This document shows, one piece after another, positions 50,405-64,000 of a stretch of DNA of 64,000 nucleotides. The notes below the pieces were generated by a model. That model saw only the letters and a program-made list of their open reading frames with translations. It was not told the DNA's origin and ran no database searches. The DNA comes from Cycas panzhihuaensis. Its lineage: Eukaryota > Plantae > Cycadophyta. A program made the position numbers and the translations under genes. The first letter of the stretch is position 1, and every line of letters begins with the position of its first letter. Where the stretch lies: the NCBI GenBank assembly GCA_023213395.1, contig CM041465.1:59341741-59405740 (forward strand), given 5' to 3'.

Positions 50405-53400
50405 CTATTCCAACTAACTACACCCACTTTTGGCATCAACTAGGTCTCGTACCTTATACTATTTATTGTTTGGGTTTGATTGCATAATTACATGGTAATT
50501 TAGTAGACTTATTGGCATGATAGATGAATGATTTCATATTGATTATGCCTATTCTTAACCAATATTACTAATGATATAAAGACCATAAAAGTGCCTAATA
50601 AAATTGTCTTATTCCAACTCCCTTAAAAGCTCCATCTTGCTTTCATGATTACACTCTTTCTAGCTCATATTTAACATGATGAATCTTACTTTCTTACTTA
50701 TTTTTTCCTTTCAAGATTCACTTTGTACTTTTTATAGCCCTATGTTGCTTCCAAATTTCACTTTCTAACCATTTATTATTCACTATCTTTTGATTTTTTT
50801 AATGAAACTTTTAGTTTTCAATTCTCTTTGGCAAATTGCATTTTTCAATATATGTTATGTTTTTTGTGTTGAAAACATTTTACCAATCTCATGGACTATG
50901 ACCACCTTATAACTAAAAATATGGCCTACTCATAGGTTGCATTTTCAGAGCATTTTATGTTGTGTTTCTTACTTAACTTATGATTTTTACTGAAGGTTGT
51001 ATTTTTCATCTTCTTTCATGAAAAGTTACATATAGTGATAAGTTATTTTTTCTCATCTTATGAACATTGATTTGTGGGAAACTATGACCTTGCCTTCCCA
51101 TGATTTTCTACCTTCTCTCCCTCTAGTTTTTCCTATAAAAATCCATCCATTTTCCTAAGAAAAATAGAGAACATTTTAGAATGGAGTGCTATTAGATTTG
51201 AGATTCATTTGAAGCCATTTGTTAGAGAAATCAAAGACTTTGAGCTACTCAAACTTTCCTTTATTCTCTTTTCTTATCTTAGCTACTTTTCTTTTATATT
51301 TTACCTCCTTCTTCAAGTGCCATTCTCTACTCTCACTCCTTCCTTTCTCTTATATTTTGATCCTTTTATTTGCTATAATTATTTAGGGGATTTAATTTAA
51401 AGGGCTTGGAAAGGCAAGGCATAGATTTGAGGCACAATCCTATATTCTCCTCAAGTAAGTGCTTCTTTATTGGTAAGTTTATTTATTTTATTTCAAGTTT
51501 GTTTCTTATTCCTTACTAAATAGTTACTTGGGTTACAATTTTAGTTAATCTTACAATATAGATTAGATTACTCTCATGATCTTCTTTACTTGTTGTAAGT
51601 CTACTTATTCTTTGAGTCTCTATTCAAGAGTGGGAAACTCCTAAGTCTTTAAATTCCTACTCATAACTTAGAGAAAAGCCCATACATCTAGTATTTGTGC
51701 TAAGGAGCTCTTTAGGGAGGTGAGTTACTTGACTTTAGAATATGGGATATGGTGGCATAAACCCTCCCTCCATAGGGTTTTAAGCTCCTTTTTCCTCTTT
51801 TATTTATCCTCTTATAACCCTTTATATGTAGCTAAAATGTTATTAGGGTTTGAAGAGTATATACAATTTCGAATAATAATTCTAGGATAATCTTTCAATT
51901 ATGTGGCTTCTAATATATATTACAATGAGTACAACTATCTCATTCATAGTAGAGCCTTAAATGGAAGACGAAGCTATTGTTCAAAGACTCTTGTGGTGAA
52001 TTCTTGTAAAGTTGGTCCCTCTTTACCTATTATTTTCCCCTTATTTTGCTCTATCTTTTAGTAAAAGAAATATACACATAAAGAAAAGGGAAAAGGCAAC
52101 TAGAAGAGATGTTTATTAAGTGATTATTATTATTCTAGATTGTTTAGTTAGATGTTAGCTTGAAAATGTTATTTTCTTTTCTTTTCCTTAAGAAAAAACA
52201 AAAAAGAGAAAAGTAACTAGGATAAGCATAAGAGGACCCTTATTTTTCTCTCTCTAAATATATATTGAATGCAAATTTGATTTCTCATTTTCTCAAAAAA
52301 AAAGAAGAAAAATACAGATGAATTATTTGCATTAGTTAGGATCATATCAAAGTAGGTTAGTTCCTTTTATAATTAATAAAGTTAATTTCTATTTGTTGTT
52401 TGTATATAAAAGAAAGTTTTATTCTAGATCTATATTAGGATTTGTATTTTCTTATGTGGTACCTCTACAATCAGTCTCATCCTTTTGCTTAGGACTTGTT
52501 TTATTGATTGGGACTTGAAATCCGTAATATATAAACTCATCCTCTCTTCTAGATAAATACCTTTTAATGTAAAGGGATTTTTTATTAACTAAGGCTTAAC
52601 ATCCTTGGAATATAAACTTCCCTTTCCTTGGGATTATTTTTCTTCCTACCATATTTTGAACACTAAATGTGTTAACTTATCATTATACTTTGGGTTAAGA
52701 GTGGCCTTTCTTCTTCAGCTATATTCTCCTTTAAGTGTAAAAACCTTCTAGAATTAAATGTTGGCATCCTTAAGTTATCAATCCTCATATGTGGATCATC
52801 TTTATTTAATAGTGTTCCCAGTGGCTAACTCCTAATAGGGTTGTTAATCTTGGATACAAACTCTCCTAGGTTCTTTACACTCATCAATCCTCCCATACTC
52901 TAGTTAGATCAATATTGATTCATCACCTTTTAGGGTTTTTCTTATAGTAAGACTTTTCAAAGGGTAGATGAATAAGAAAACTTAGGTTAATTATTCTGGG
53001 GTTGGGTCCCCTATCGATCCTCCCATATATTAGAAGGTTATTTGATTTTTTTCCTAAACTAGAAAAAGACTTTACTTGTTTATATTAATTTGATTTAAAT
53101 TATTTGTATTTATTTTTAACTTAGATGTGTTACTTCTTTATTTTGATTTATCTTTTAAATAATGGAATTGGTAAACAATGAACTTTGAGATCTTATATTT
53201 ATTGGATACATACTTATGGGGTCATCTCTTCTTATCGAGAGAAGGATCAAGGGTTCCCCTTGAGCCATGTCACATTTACCCTCATACACCTATAATCTTT
53301 CTTAGGTGGTTTATTTTAAGTCTTTTTAGGTGATTTTCCCTAAGACCCAAAAACATTTTGGTAACCATAATAGGAAGTTGTCAAAACTTCCTAGTTACTT

Positions 53401-56304
53401 ATTAACTTTGCTAGTTTATTAAGCCATTCATTGGACACTCATTTACCCCATTGGTTGCACTTCATCATTTACCTTGAGTGAGCCTTTTTCTCTCAGCTTT
53501 CCCCCTCTTCTTTTAGATTCTACTTACACATTCCTTTTACATTTTTCATGGAGCCCTTCCATGCACATCCTAAGTGATCAAGGAGGATATAGGGCCTTCC
53601 CCTTAAAGACCCCTTACCTTCTTCTTATGTCACCACTCTTGCACTTCATGAAGGGTATGCAACCTTAATTATAGATCTTGATACTTTGTTTAAGACTTCT
53701 AATACCATTAATCCTTTTGAATATTAGAAAGATCCACTTATATATGAGATCCTTGTGAGAGAAGCCCTTCACCTCTTTTGAAATGCACCATTTGAGGGAG
53801 TTATCATGCCTTCTCATGCCCATTATATAGACCATGAGAGACCCACTACTCGTGATGAGGGACATGAAGCATCCATGGTATATCCTCCTTCTATGACGAC
53901 ACATCCCTTTGAGTAAGCTATAGGCCTTATTTCTTTAACTCATGGTGGCTCATACAACACTGCCTAAGAGTGAGGAAACCACATACTTATACTACTCCTC
54001 TTCTCATTAAGCATTGATCTTAATAATCATACTCAAGGTCCTTATACTCTACCCTCTATGGCTTGGTAGTCAACTTCTCCTTTTAAGACTTTTCATATGG
54101 GTCCTTAAGGGAGACTTACTCTACTTACTTAGGACATTGTATCTAGCCCTTTGCTTCCACATGACCCTATCCTCCCTCCACCATCTAGATATGCTAGTCC
54201 ACCTATTAAAGATGGTCATTCATCACAAATTAATCCTTTCACCCAAGTTACCCAAGCATATGAACCTCTGACCTAACTTTTTACCTCTTAACCATCTTCA
54301 CATACCTATCCTACATAACCTTCATACATGTGAAGAACTAATTAATAAGTCCTATAATTATATGTTTCACATCCTTAGTAAGCCCCCATAACTTCTTATG
54401 GCTAACCACCTATAATTATCTAATGATCTCATTTAGACCAACCTACTAGCTATGGCCCATATCCTCTTTACATGTCTCATCACTTAGGAGACTTCCTATC
54501 CTAGGGGGCATTCACTTTTCACATTACCACCATACCTCATTCTAGACTTATAGGACCTCATCCTCACCCCTCTTATCCCATGTATCCCCCTTTGTTCTTG
54601 AGCTACCTAAGTTCATAGGTGAATAAACCTAGGATCCAACTACTTATGTTTAGGCATTTTTACTTTCATATACTAATTATCTATCCTATGACTATATGAT
54701 GATGTGACTCCTTTCTAAGACTCTTTAAGGTGATGCCTTAAATTATTTCTACTAATTAAAGCCCACATCTATCTACTCTTTCTAATAATTTGTAGATACC
54801 TTCATTAGTTACTTTAATGTTACTTATCCTTTTGATATTGGGATTAAATCCTTGTTGTTTATTAATGGAGTGGAGGAGTCTTCCCATGACTTTATTTATT
54901 ATTTTCAAGACTTAGTCTATGCCTCTTAAGCCCCTTTGGATGATAAATTACTCTATGACCTATTCACTAGTACCTTGAGACCATAAGCCCACTTGGAGGT
55001 CCTCAAGTTAATGCCCATATTATATGAGGATATCATCAAGAAGTGCCCTACCTTTGAGGGCTTTAAAACCTAATTAGGAATCAAAAAGCTAACTAAACCC
55101 CCCATTTCTAAAGATAAATATAGTGCTTCAATGGAATCTAAGTCACCTTAAAGTAATCACGTATACAATCATCTTACTTCTACTGTTTGACCCTTTGAAA
55201 GGTCAATCAATACTAAGTTTCATGCCAACTTTATTACCATTCCTAAACCTAAGAACGAAGCAAGATTCATTCAATTTACTGAGCAAAAGAAAAGTTAATC
55301 TTTGAATACTACTCCCCTTAAGAAGGTGCCATGGTACTCTTACCACTAAATAGATACCCATAATCATGAGTATTATAACAAGATTAAGGCTATGATTTAT
55401 CATGGTTAAGCTAACGAAAAACCTACTTCTAGGCCTAATCAAGACCAATTAATCCATAAGGACCCATTGGCTATTCCTACAAAGAAGGCACCAAAAGATA
55501 AAGTTAAGGCTAAAACTCAACATGATAAAGACTCCTCTGAATCAAATTCTAAGCTTGCAACCAAAATCTCTCCCTCTAAGAGGTATAATCCTAAAAGGGT
55601 TAATGCTCAAAATAAATTGCCTACAAAATAGGAAGATCCTAAGAATACCATTAACATGGTGGAATCTTACAAAGCCTCTACCTTAACTAAATCCCATGAT
55701 ATAGATTACCCACCAAAAGATAAATCTTCAGACTTCCCTCTTAATTTCTAGTCATATCTATTTGCTTTAGGTCTACACTACAATTTACCAAGGAAGGCTC
55801 TTTATCACTTATATGGAAACTAAAAACTATTCTTACCTTAATCAAAGGTAACTTCTTTTGGACACTCTTAAGGTCCATAGGTCTAGTTTACTTAGAAACC
55901 CTAGCTTGATTTTTAACCACACTATTTTGCCCAATGAAGAAAAAAGAAATAACAATAAGACTACTCCTTTCTACATTGAGATCATGAAGGTTAATAGTAA
56001 AATCAAAATAAGTATAATAGATGAAGGATCTTATATTAATATTATCCCTTTAAACCTCTTAGAAGAGTTAGGAATCTTAGCCTATGAACTAGTTAATTAG
56101 GTTTGTTAGGTCTATGATAAGAATTAAAAAAACCCCAATTGACTAATGGACTCTTCCTTTTACTCTAATAGGTAAGACTATCATGGATAAAGTCATTATT
56201 GTTGACTTCTATTTTGAGTTAAATGTGTTGTTCAGTCAATCATAGATTAATCAAATATTGATAGTTTTTTCTTCATTATTTGGTAAACTCAAGTTTGTGA
56301 TAGA
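50405..56304 (+). mobile_element. 5' part of a Tat-like Ty3/gypsy element: LTR/leader, Pro-rich gag, protease
   Basis: CCTATAAAA at ~51132; a Pro/Tyr-rich region at 53500-54600; capsid LPKFIGE..DP...TL*GDALNYF (~54600-54750); protease PFYIEI...IIDEGSYINIIPLNLLEELG (ORF 55858). It is cut by a copia LTR at 56305. LTR limits were not resolved. Confidence 0.68.
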
Positions 56305-59300
56305 TGTTAATGCATCAAGGTCATTAGATTAATTATATGAAGGTGACTTTAAGTTAGCTAAGTCACATAGTTAAATGTAATTTCATTTATATTTAAGTAT
56401 AATTTTGGGATTATGTCATTAGGTTGGAAACTCCTTTAGAAACCTAAATGCACATCCTCTGACATATAAGGCTAAATGTGAAAGGGAGAGTTATAATTCT
56501 CACCTCTCATTTTTTCTCTCAATCTTGTTCTCTCTATTTTTCTCTTATTATGTGCCACTGTTTTAGTGTAGTAGATTGTGGCAAATAGATCGTTCACTCA
56601 ACAACTGGTATCAGAGCTATTATTGACCACATTTTACTAGTAGGCTTACACAAAGCCATTAATGCCTCTTACTCATAATTCATGTGAGGTTGAGAGATTA
56701 TTTGAGAATATTATTTTATATTAGAGAGATTTAAATTATATTATTTTATATGTTACTATATTTGATATGTGTGCAAAATTTTAGAGGTAAAAATACTTAT
56801 TTTTGAAGTTGTTTGGTTGTTAAAACAACCTTGAAGGTATTGAAGGCCTAAAATTTTATGAAACATTTGACCATATCAAATTTTGATGAAGTTTGGTATG
56901 TAGGGTCACCCAACTAAGATGATCATTTTTGTCTTCTAGAGTATCTTTAGATTCAGCTTGCAATAGCCAATTTTGGCTAAAATAAAAGGTCAAAATTTAT
57001 AGATAAGTAACCTAGGGCATTTTCCTCAATGAAATCCTTTAAATATGAGCTAAAAATTTGAAATCATTTTTGAGGGATCTAGTAGATTTATGTTTCTAGA
57101 GCATTTTGAGATAAATCTTATCAAATTTTATCCACTGGTTAATGAGATTTTTGTAGTTTATTAATAGATACTGAATCTACTTATTTAACCCCACAAAAAA
57201 TGTTTCAAAGGTATTTTGGATAGCTTTTTGGCCATTTTTGGAGCTACTATAGAAGAAAAAGTTGATGTATGTATCAAGATGAAGCTTTTGACATACTGAA
57301 GTTTGGATTCTAAGATAATGAATATGGCAAGATTCTACTTTTATGTTATTTTTGGGCAGAAAAAATTTATGCATTTTTATAAATTTGACTTCATTATCTT
57401 ATCATAAATAATTTTATAAACATTTTTTTCTTCTATCATAAATTTAAATTCTATCATTTAGGCCTCCATATTTGTAATTTTTAGAAAATTTTACCCATTT
57501 ATTATTATTTATAAATTTTGTGAAAAAAATCATAAAATATGGCAAAATAGCATGCATCTAGATTTTTTAAAATTAGCCTTTTAGTGGTAATTTGATCCAC
57601 TTTTTGGACCTTTGTGGATTTTGTATTAAAATTTCTAAAATTATATTTGGAAAACATTGTACCAAAGTAAGGGAAACTTTTGATCGAAAACAACATCTAG
57701 TTCTCCTACTAAATCTAGTATACTCTTTCTATTTCCATACATAGCATAAAGAAACAACATCAATAAAGCAAACACATAAGGTAAGTATATTTGCCATTTT
57801 TCTATTTTAATTTTTAGTTCATATTATTTAAAAATAACTTATACTATTTCCTAAAAGGAATCTCATCTATACAATTTATACCGTTAGTTCTTGCCTTATG
57901 CACACACTCACCTTAGTTGAAATAGACCATGGTTGGCTAAAGTCTGGGTCCTAAGGGAGGTGTGAGTTTTATACTGAGTTTAATCTTAATTGAAATAGTG
58001 GTGGAGGGATAGGTTAGCCATACCTACAACTTCCAATTAGGGATAATCCTAATAACTGCCCAAGAACATTGAAATATTTAATCAAGATTAAAATATACCC
58101 AGTCTAATATCCATCATAGCCATGGGATACACACGTACCATTTGACTCTTTAGAGGATATATATAGTTGCTTACTAGTGAACTAGGTGAGGAATAAGAGT
58201 ACATGGGCTCCATTATAGCTTGGGTTTTATCACCAAGCACAGGTGTAGGTATTATAGGTGAAGGCCCTAATACGTTTATTAGAAGCCCCCTTAAGCATCG
58301 ACACCTCAACTACTTTGGACTTGAGATAAAGATTTGGGTTTGATCATACATCCTATATTAGACTTGGTTTTTTAGTTGTATGTACCCATATGCTGGCTTC
58401 TACATGGACATAATCTTGATTTTATAATCACATGATACATCATTTATCTTTGTGATCCTTATATTGCCATTTGTACATATCATCAAACCCTACTATGTTA
58501 GGAGTATTTGCCATAAGTATTGGTAGCCTATTATCATTACTTGCTACTAAATCATATTTCCCCCTATTATGCCATATGTATTAGCCACACATATTAATGT
58601 AATTTTTATTTACTATTTCTTCACTATCTCTTTTACTTCATCATCTTCACCATGTCTTCTTAATTTAAACAAAATATAAATTGCATCTTAAAAAGAAAAT
58701 ATAATTGGGATCAATGGTATACTAGAGTCAAGAATACTACTAAGTATAAAGGCCTTTGGAGAGCCCATTTGCAACTTACACCTGTCATCCATGCGATAGC
58801 CATAGCACCTTCCTCTAGAGGAATACCACCTGTAGCTCTAATAGATCTTGTAGCTAAATTACAATCATAAATCAATGATGAGAAGATTCATGCATGTATT
58901 CTATTAGTGACTAATCACTTTCTACATAATCTAATTGATGAAGAATAACACAATACATCCTGGAAAGTCCTCAAGATTCTTAAAAGGAATTTCAATGCAA
59001 AGTCTGACCTTGAATTTGTTCATCTAGTCTTAAAGATGAATAAGATAAAGATGCATAAAGGACATGCACATGAAACAATCAACCTCTTTTAACTAATCAA
59101 ATAAGTAATAGGCAAAGATTTTAAGACCCAATATATTACATAAGCATTCCTCATATAGTCCTTTCTACACATACCTAATTATAAGAACTTGCTTGGGAGT
59201 CTTTAATTAAATGGAACATTGAAGACACTTAGCTTTAAAGCTCTTGTAAAGAAGTTTATAAAATTTGATAAGACCTTTGATGCTAATTTTACAACTTCAG

Positions 59301-62300
59301 ATCCTCTTCCAGATGTAGCTTTTGACATGAAAGAAGAAGTATGCTTCTAAAAGAATCAGGGTCCCTCTTATGGTAGAGGAAATAACTAAGCAAGGGATAG
59401 AGGATGAGGTAGAGGAAACTAACCACAAGGTTAATAAAATCCTTAATAACAATATCCTAGACAATCTCAAGGCCAAGCACCACCTTTTAATGTAAGATAG
59501 TCAGACCAAACTAGTACCTTAGGAACTAAAAATTATATTATCATGTGTGAAAGGTACAATAGGAAAGGACACCTTATAAAGAATTATCATATACCTACAT
59601 ACAAGTTGACTAAGTTTTAACAAAAATACAAGGCTTATAATATTGATGAAACATGTGAAGAATAGTTTGGTATCATAGGTTTTACTTAAGCACATATTCA
59701 AAGACTTAAGAGAAGAACCATTAATCAAACTAAGAGGTATTTCAAAGCCTATTGTGGCTATGCCACTTGTGATCTTGAATCACCAATGTAAAACTCTCTT
59801 GGAGTCACAAATAGTATAAGTTTAAATACCTCCTCATGGATCATGGATATAGGAGTCATATAACATATGACCTACAATTAGAAACTATATCAAACTTTTG
59901 ATTCCAATGTATATGGTATCATTCACAAGGCCAACAAATCCTAACAATCAGTCAGAGGTATTGGAAACATATGCTTAAAACTCTAAGGCTTAAGAGACTT
60001 TACATTACTTGATGTCCTATATATTCCTAACCTAAAATAAAACCTACTCTCCTTATCTACTCTTGTCTCCTATGGATTCAATCTTAGTATTACTGTAAAT
60101 GATCAAACTCTCTAGGTCATGCACCCTCCAACAAATTGAGTGGTCTTGATTGGAGTGCTTACTTATAAATTATTTAGATTGAATGACTCCCTATTTTTTA
60201 AACCCAACTATGCTCAAAGCCCTTGTGTTGATGAAGAGTTTACTTTTAATACCACTTTGACACACCCTAAGCTATCCCAAGAAGCTCTTTAGCATGGTCA
60301 CATGGGCCATGTTTATATTAATTGACTTAGAGATCTTTGTCATATCCTTCTAGGTCTACCTAAGTTCTTCTCCGAGCCATTTAAATGTAAATCCTATATT
60401 ATAGCCAAATCTCATAGATAATCCTTTGTTGATAGTCATTGGAAATCAAGTTATCCACTTCAATTGGTACACTCTAATCTATGTAAACCAATGCCTATTC
60501 CATTATTAAAGTAGAAATTATATTATATAACTTTCATTGATGATTTTACTAGGAAAGTATAGGTGGTTTTTCTAACTAAGAAAGATGAGTCATTTGGTAT
60601 CTTTAAAGCTTTTAAAGCTTACACTAAAAAGGAGTCAAGTTATAGGATTAAGTATCTATGAACAAATAATAGCAAAGAATATACCTCTATTGAGTTTAAA
60701 ACATATCTACGAGACAACAACATCAAGCATCACACTACAATAGCAGACATCCCCTAATAGAATAGAGTTGCTAAGTGTATAAATAGGTCTATTATAAATA
60801 TGGCTCAAGCTATATTGGTTTATAAAAATGTACCTACTTACCTATAGGCAGATGTAATTTGGATAACTATTTATTGCATTATTATTATTAGCCTATTTAA
60901 AGGAAGAACTTGTCCTAATGAAAAGTGGACTGGACAAGCCCCCGCTGCCTATCACTTCAAAATATTTCACTCAACATGTTATGCCCATATATTGGATGGA
61001 GATAGAAATAAACTCTAGCCTAAGGCACTTAAAGGTATCTTTGTTGGAGACCCTATGGATAAGAAATGGTACAAGGTCTTTATACCTTCATAATAGAAGA
61101 TTATTATCACCAGGGATGTGGTGTTTACTGAAATAGAGGATTAATTATTACAATTAGACTCTAAAATTCCTAGCTATCATTATTATGATACTATTCAATA
61201 TGATATATAGATTCTAAAATTTAGGGAGGGGAGACACTTAAGAGTTACACAAACTATTAGAATTTGACAATAGAGCCATAGAGGATAGTAGCTATGACTC
61301 TGAACTAATGAGTGTACATCATGTACTACCATTCAAGAACAACAAAGTTGACAAAGGTAAAGTAGTGACAAATAGACCATGCTCCCTAGATGCATCAACA
61401 TCCTCCTCAACAAATATGTAAAATGATCTTTTTCAAGATCCAAATGAAGATCGTATAATAGAAATGAAGACCTCATTCCCAACTCAAGGTTCTCGTGAAG
61501 CCCACTAGCTAAATAAGGATATATGACCTAATGAGATGGGCAAAATTGGAACTCAAAGTGCCTATAGAGCTAAGATATAGGAATTACTTTTCATTGAGTT
61601 AGAACTAGCATAACTTCATCTTACTCTCAATGAAGAGCCCCTCTTATACCAAGAAGCTATAAAACACATAGCTTGGAGGAATTCCATAAATGAAGAGTAT
61701 CAATCTCTTATTAAAAATAGTACATGGGAGCTCATTGACCTACCACTTAGAAGAAAGCTAATTTAAAATAAATAGGTGTATAAAAATAAATACAGATCTG
61801 ATGGCACTTTAAAAAATATAAGGTGAGGTTGTTAGCAAAGGGATTCACATAAAGGAAAGGAATCGACTACACTGACATCTTTGCACCTATGACCAAGTGG
61901 ATTATAATTACAACTCTTATGGCCTTCACAGCTCAACAAGGCTGAAAGATTCATTAGCTCAATATGAAAACCACATTTCTCAATGGTGATCTTAAAAAAG
62001 AAATCTACATGGCTCAGCTTGAAGGATTTGAGATCATTGGTCTAGAGCATAAGGTGTGTAGGCTCAAAAAGTCCTTATACAACCTTAAACAAGTCCCTTC
62101 TACTTTGTTCACCAAGTTGTCAGAAAGAATGAGTCAACTTGGATATGAGGTTTGTGACTACCTGGATATTGATGCAACATTGTTCATAAAACACTAAAAG
62201 GATAAAGTCATTTATCTCTTAATCTTTGTGGATAATATACTTATAATGAGGAACTATGAACATGCAATCAGCTAATTAAAGAAGGACTTAGTTAAAATAT

Positions 62301-62800
62301 TTGAACTGTCTAACCTTGGGTTATAAAATACTACTTAGAGATTAAATTCACTCAAAAAGATGGAAAAATCTTTTTTTCTCAAGAAAAATACAACAACGAT
62401 CTTCTAACAAAGTTTTAGTTGGAAGATTCTCAAACTATAGCCACTCCAATCAACCTAATGTTAAATTGATAGCTGATGGAAATGCTTAAGAGGTAGACGC
62501 AACACTTTATAGGCAACTTGTAGGTAGTCTCATTTATACTATTAATACAAGACTTGATATTACACACTCTATCAGCATTCTTACTCATTACATAATAAAT
62601 CCTAAGCAAAATTATTAGCAGGTAGCAATGTGAGTTTTGAGGTACCTTAAGACAACCAACAAATATGGTTTATTGTATGAACCCAATTCAGAGTTTAAAC
62701 TATATGCATATACAGACTCACATTCTGCTAGAGGTAAAGACATAAGGAGATTCATGTATAAGTATATAACATTTCTTGGAATAACACCAATATCATGGAG
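56305..62800 (+). mobile_element. Ty1/copia element E (5' LTR 56305-56603), truncated in RNase H
   Basis: LTR TGTTAA...TCAACA with a perfect PBS TGGTATCAGAGC at 56606-56617 and a ~2 kb leader. gag starts at ATG 58652. Protease (SWIMDIG), integrase (ITFIDDFTRK), RT (ORF 61964: MKTTFLNGDLKKEIYM..VCRLKKSLYNLKQ) and the RH start (YTDSHSA..FLGITPISWS) are present. Confidence 0.93.
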
Positions 62801-64000
62801 TGTAGTAAATAGATCCTTCACCTAATAGTTTATCCTTTAAGTGTCTATCCCATTGGTTGAAACCATCCAAGAGGAAGAAGAATCTCTATCCCCTTTTGTC
62901 TCTTTAAGATTTATGCAGTACTTTAATAAGGAATCTATACTTTAAACTAGTTAAGAAGAAGTGAAATAGTTTTACATGATTACCACTATCTTTATACAAG
63001 ATAATTGCCCTCCTAACCATATTGAAACTTACCCCTTACTAAATTAATTAGAACTTTATCCTTGATTATTGATTTTCTTAATCATGCTACACCCCAACCA
63101 AGTGTGGAGTCCTAATTTGATTTGCTAGAACAACTTGACTAGAGTTTCCCTACCTAAATAACCCCTTCATAGAGGGTACTTATCCTTGTAGATATTATCC
63201 CCTTTACTTTTATTTCTTCATCATTAAAGTTAACCTCTTTGTGCTAATTACCCCACTTTCCTCTTTGTAATTAGTAATTAGTCCTTAAGAGTATTCTTTA
63301 CTTGGACCATTTTGAGAATGATAAGGCTATTCTTGAGCATTTGGTAGGAACCTTTCGTATCCTCCCACTGAATCATTATAAATTCTTTTTTGCTAAATAT
63401 ATTCAACCTAACTCACCTTCATTAATCCAAGATCATGGCATCACTTCTTTATCTTTATCACTCAACCTAGCCCCTCCTCACTTTGAAGAGGAAAATACCT
63501 TGTTGGTTGAAGACATTATTAGTATAAACCTTAGAGCTTAGAAGGAGCCTAAGATAATTAAAGTTGGCACTACTTGTTTCCCCTCATAGGTTGAACATGA
63601 ATAGAAAATGTAACTATGAAAGCCATATATTAAGAAGACTCTAAATCATGTAAAGAACAAATAATATAAATAAACTAAGCATACAACAAAGAATACTAGG
63701 AGATTTTAGTTTAAGCATAGACCTTTTATTAATTTAAGCAATAGTTAAAGAATTACTGAGATAAAAATACCAACTCTTCTCATCAACTCATCTAACATTT
63801 TTACATGCGCCATTATATAAGAATATATAGACACAACTTTATAAGATACCACCTTATATTTTTACAATATAATGAGCATAAACCATGGGTCAAAAAATAT
63901 CCCTATAAGACATAAAAAAAATTATTTTGGGGCTCTTGCCCCTAAATCCCTACTTAGGGGGTTGCTAGCCCCCTAGAACACCCTAGTCGAGGTCCCTACA
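62801..64000. other. Unassigned insertion or rearranged sequence interrupting copia E; LTR-like toward the window end
   Basis: RNase H homology stops abruptly at TGTAGT (62801). A GC-rich hairpin cassette at 63929-63990 resembles the one in the solo LTR at 25813. No confident domain was found. Confidence 0.3.

Noticed and set aside
63302-63541. ORF 63302-63541 as a protein-coding gene
   Set aside because: It has no recognisable motif and no ATG start.
1-64000. CRISPR array, rRNA genes or prokaryotic operons
   Set aside because: No repeat-spacer periodicity, rRNA-like sequence or dense intact ORFs were seen. The content is plant retroelement DNA.

Overview
This is a gene-free, AT-rich, CpG/CHG-depleted plant heterochromatin window, probably from a gymnosperm or similar large genome (inferred from the element types). 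It is made almost entirely of old, nested, inactivated retroelements: Tat-like and chromoviral Ty3/gypsy elements, five Ty1/copia copies or fragments, a gag-only non-autonomous LTR element, a solo LTR, an RNase H-bearing L1 LINE and microsatellites. I found no intact host gene, RNA gene or CRISPR array. The most notable structure is in the first 8.7 kb, where a Tat-type element carries a ~4.9 kb accessory cassette between integrase and its 3' LTR. The cassette holds (i) an antisense, two-intron Plant Mobile Domain (PMD) gene that splices into one ~640-codon frame and (ii) a divergently oriented stand-alone RNase H ORF. The two flank a palindromic TATA box, the PMD intron shares motifs with the LTR, and a tRNA-iMet 3'-end copy abuts the polypurine tract. 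Translations outside the ORF track were done by hand and some boundaries are approximate.
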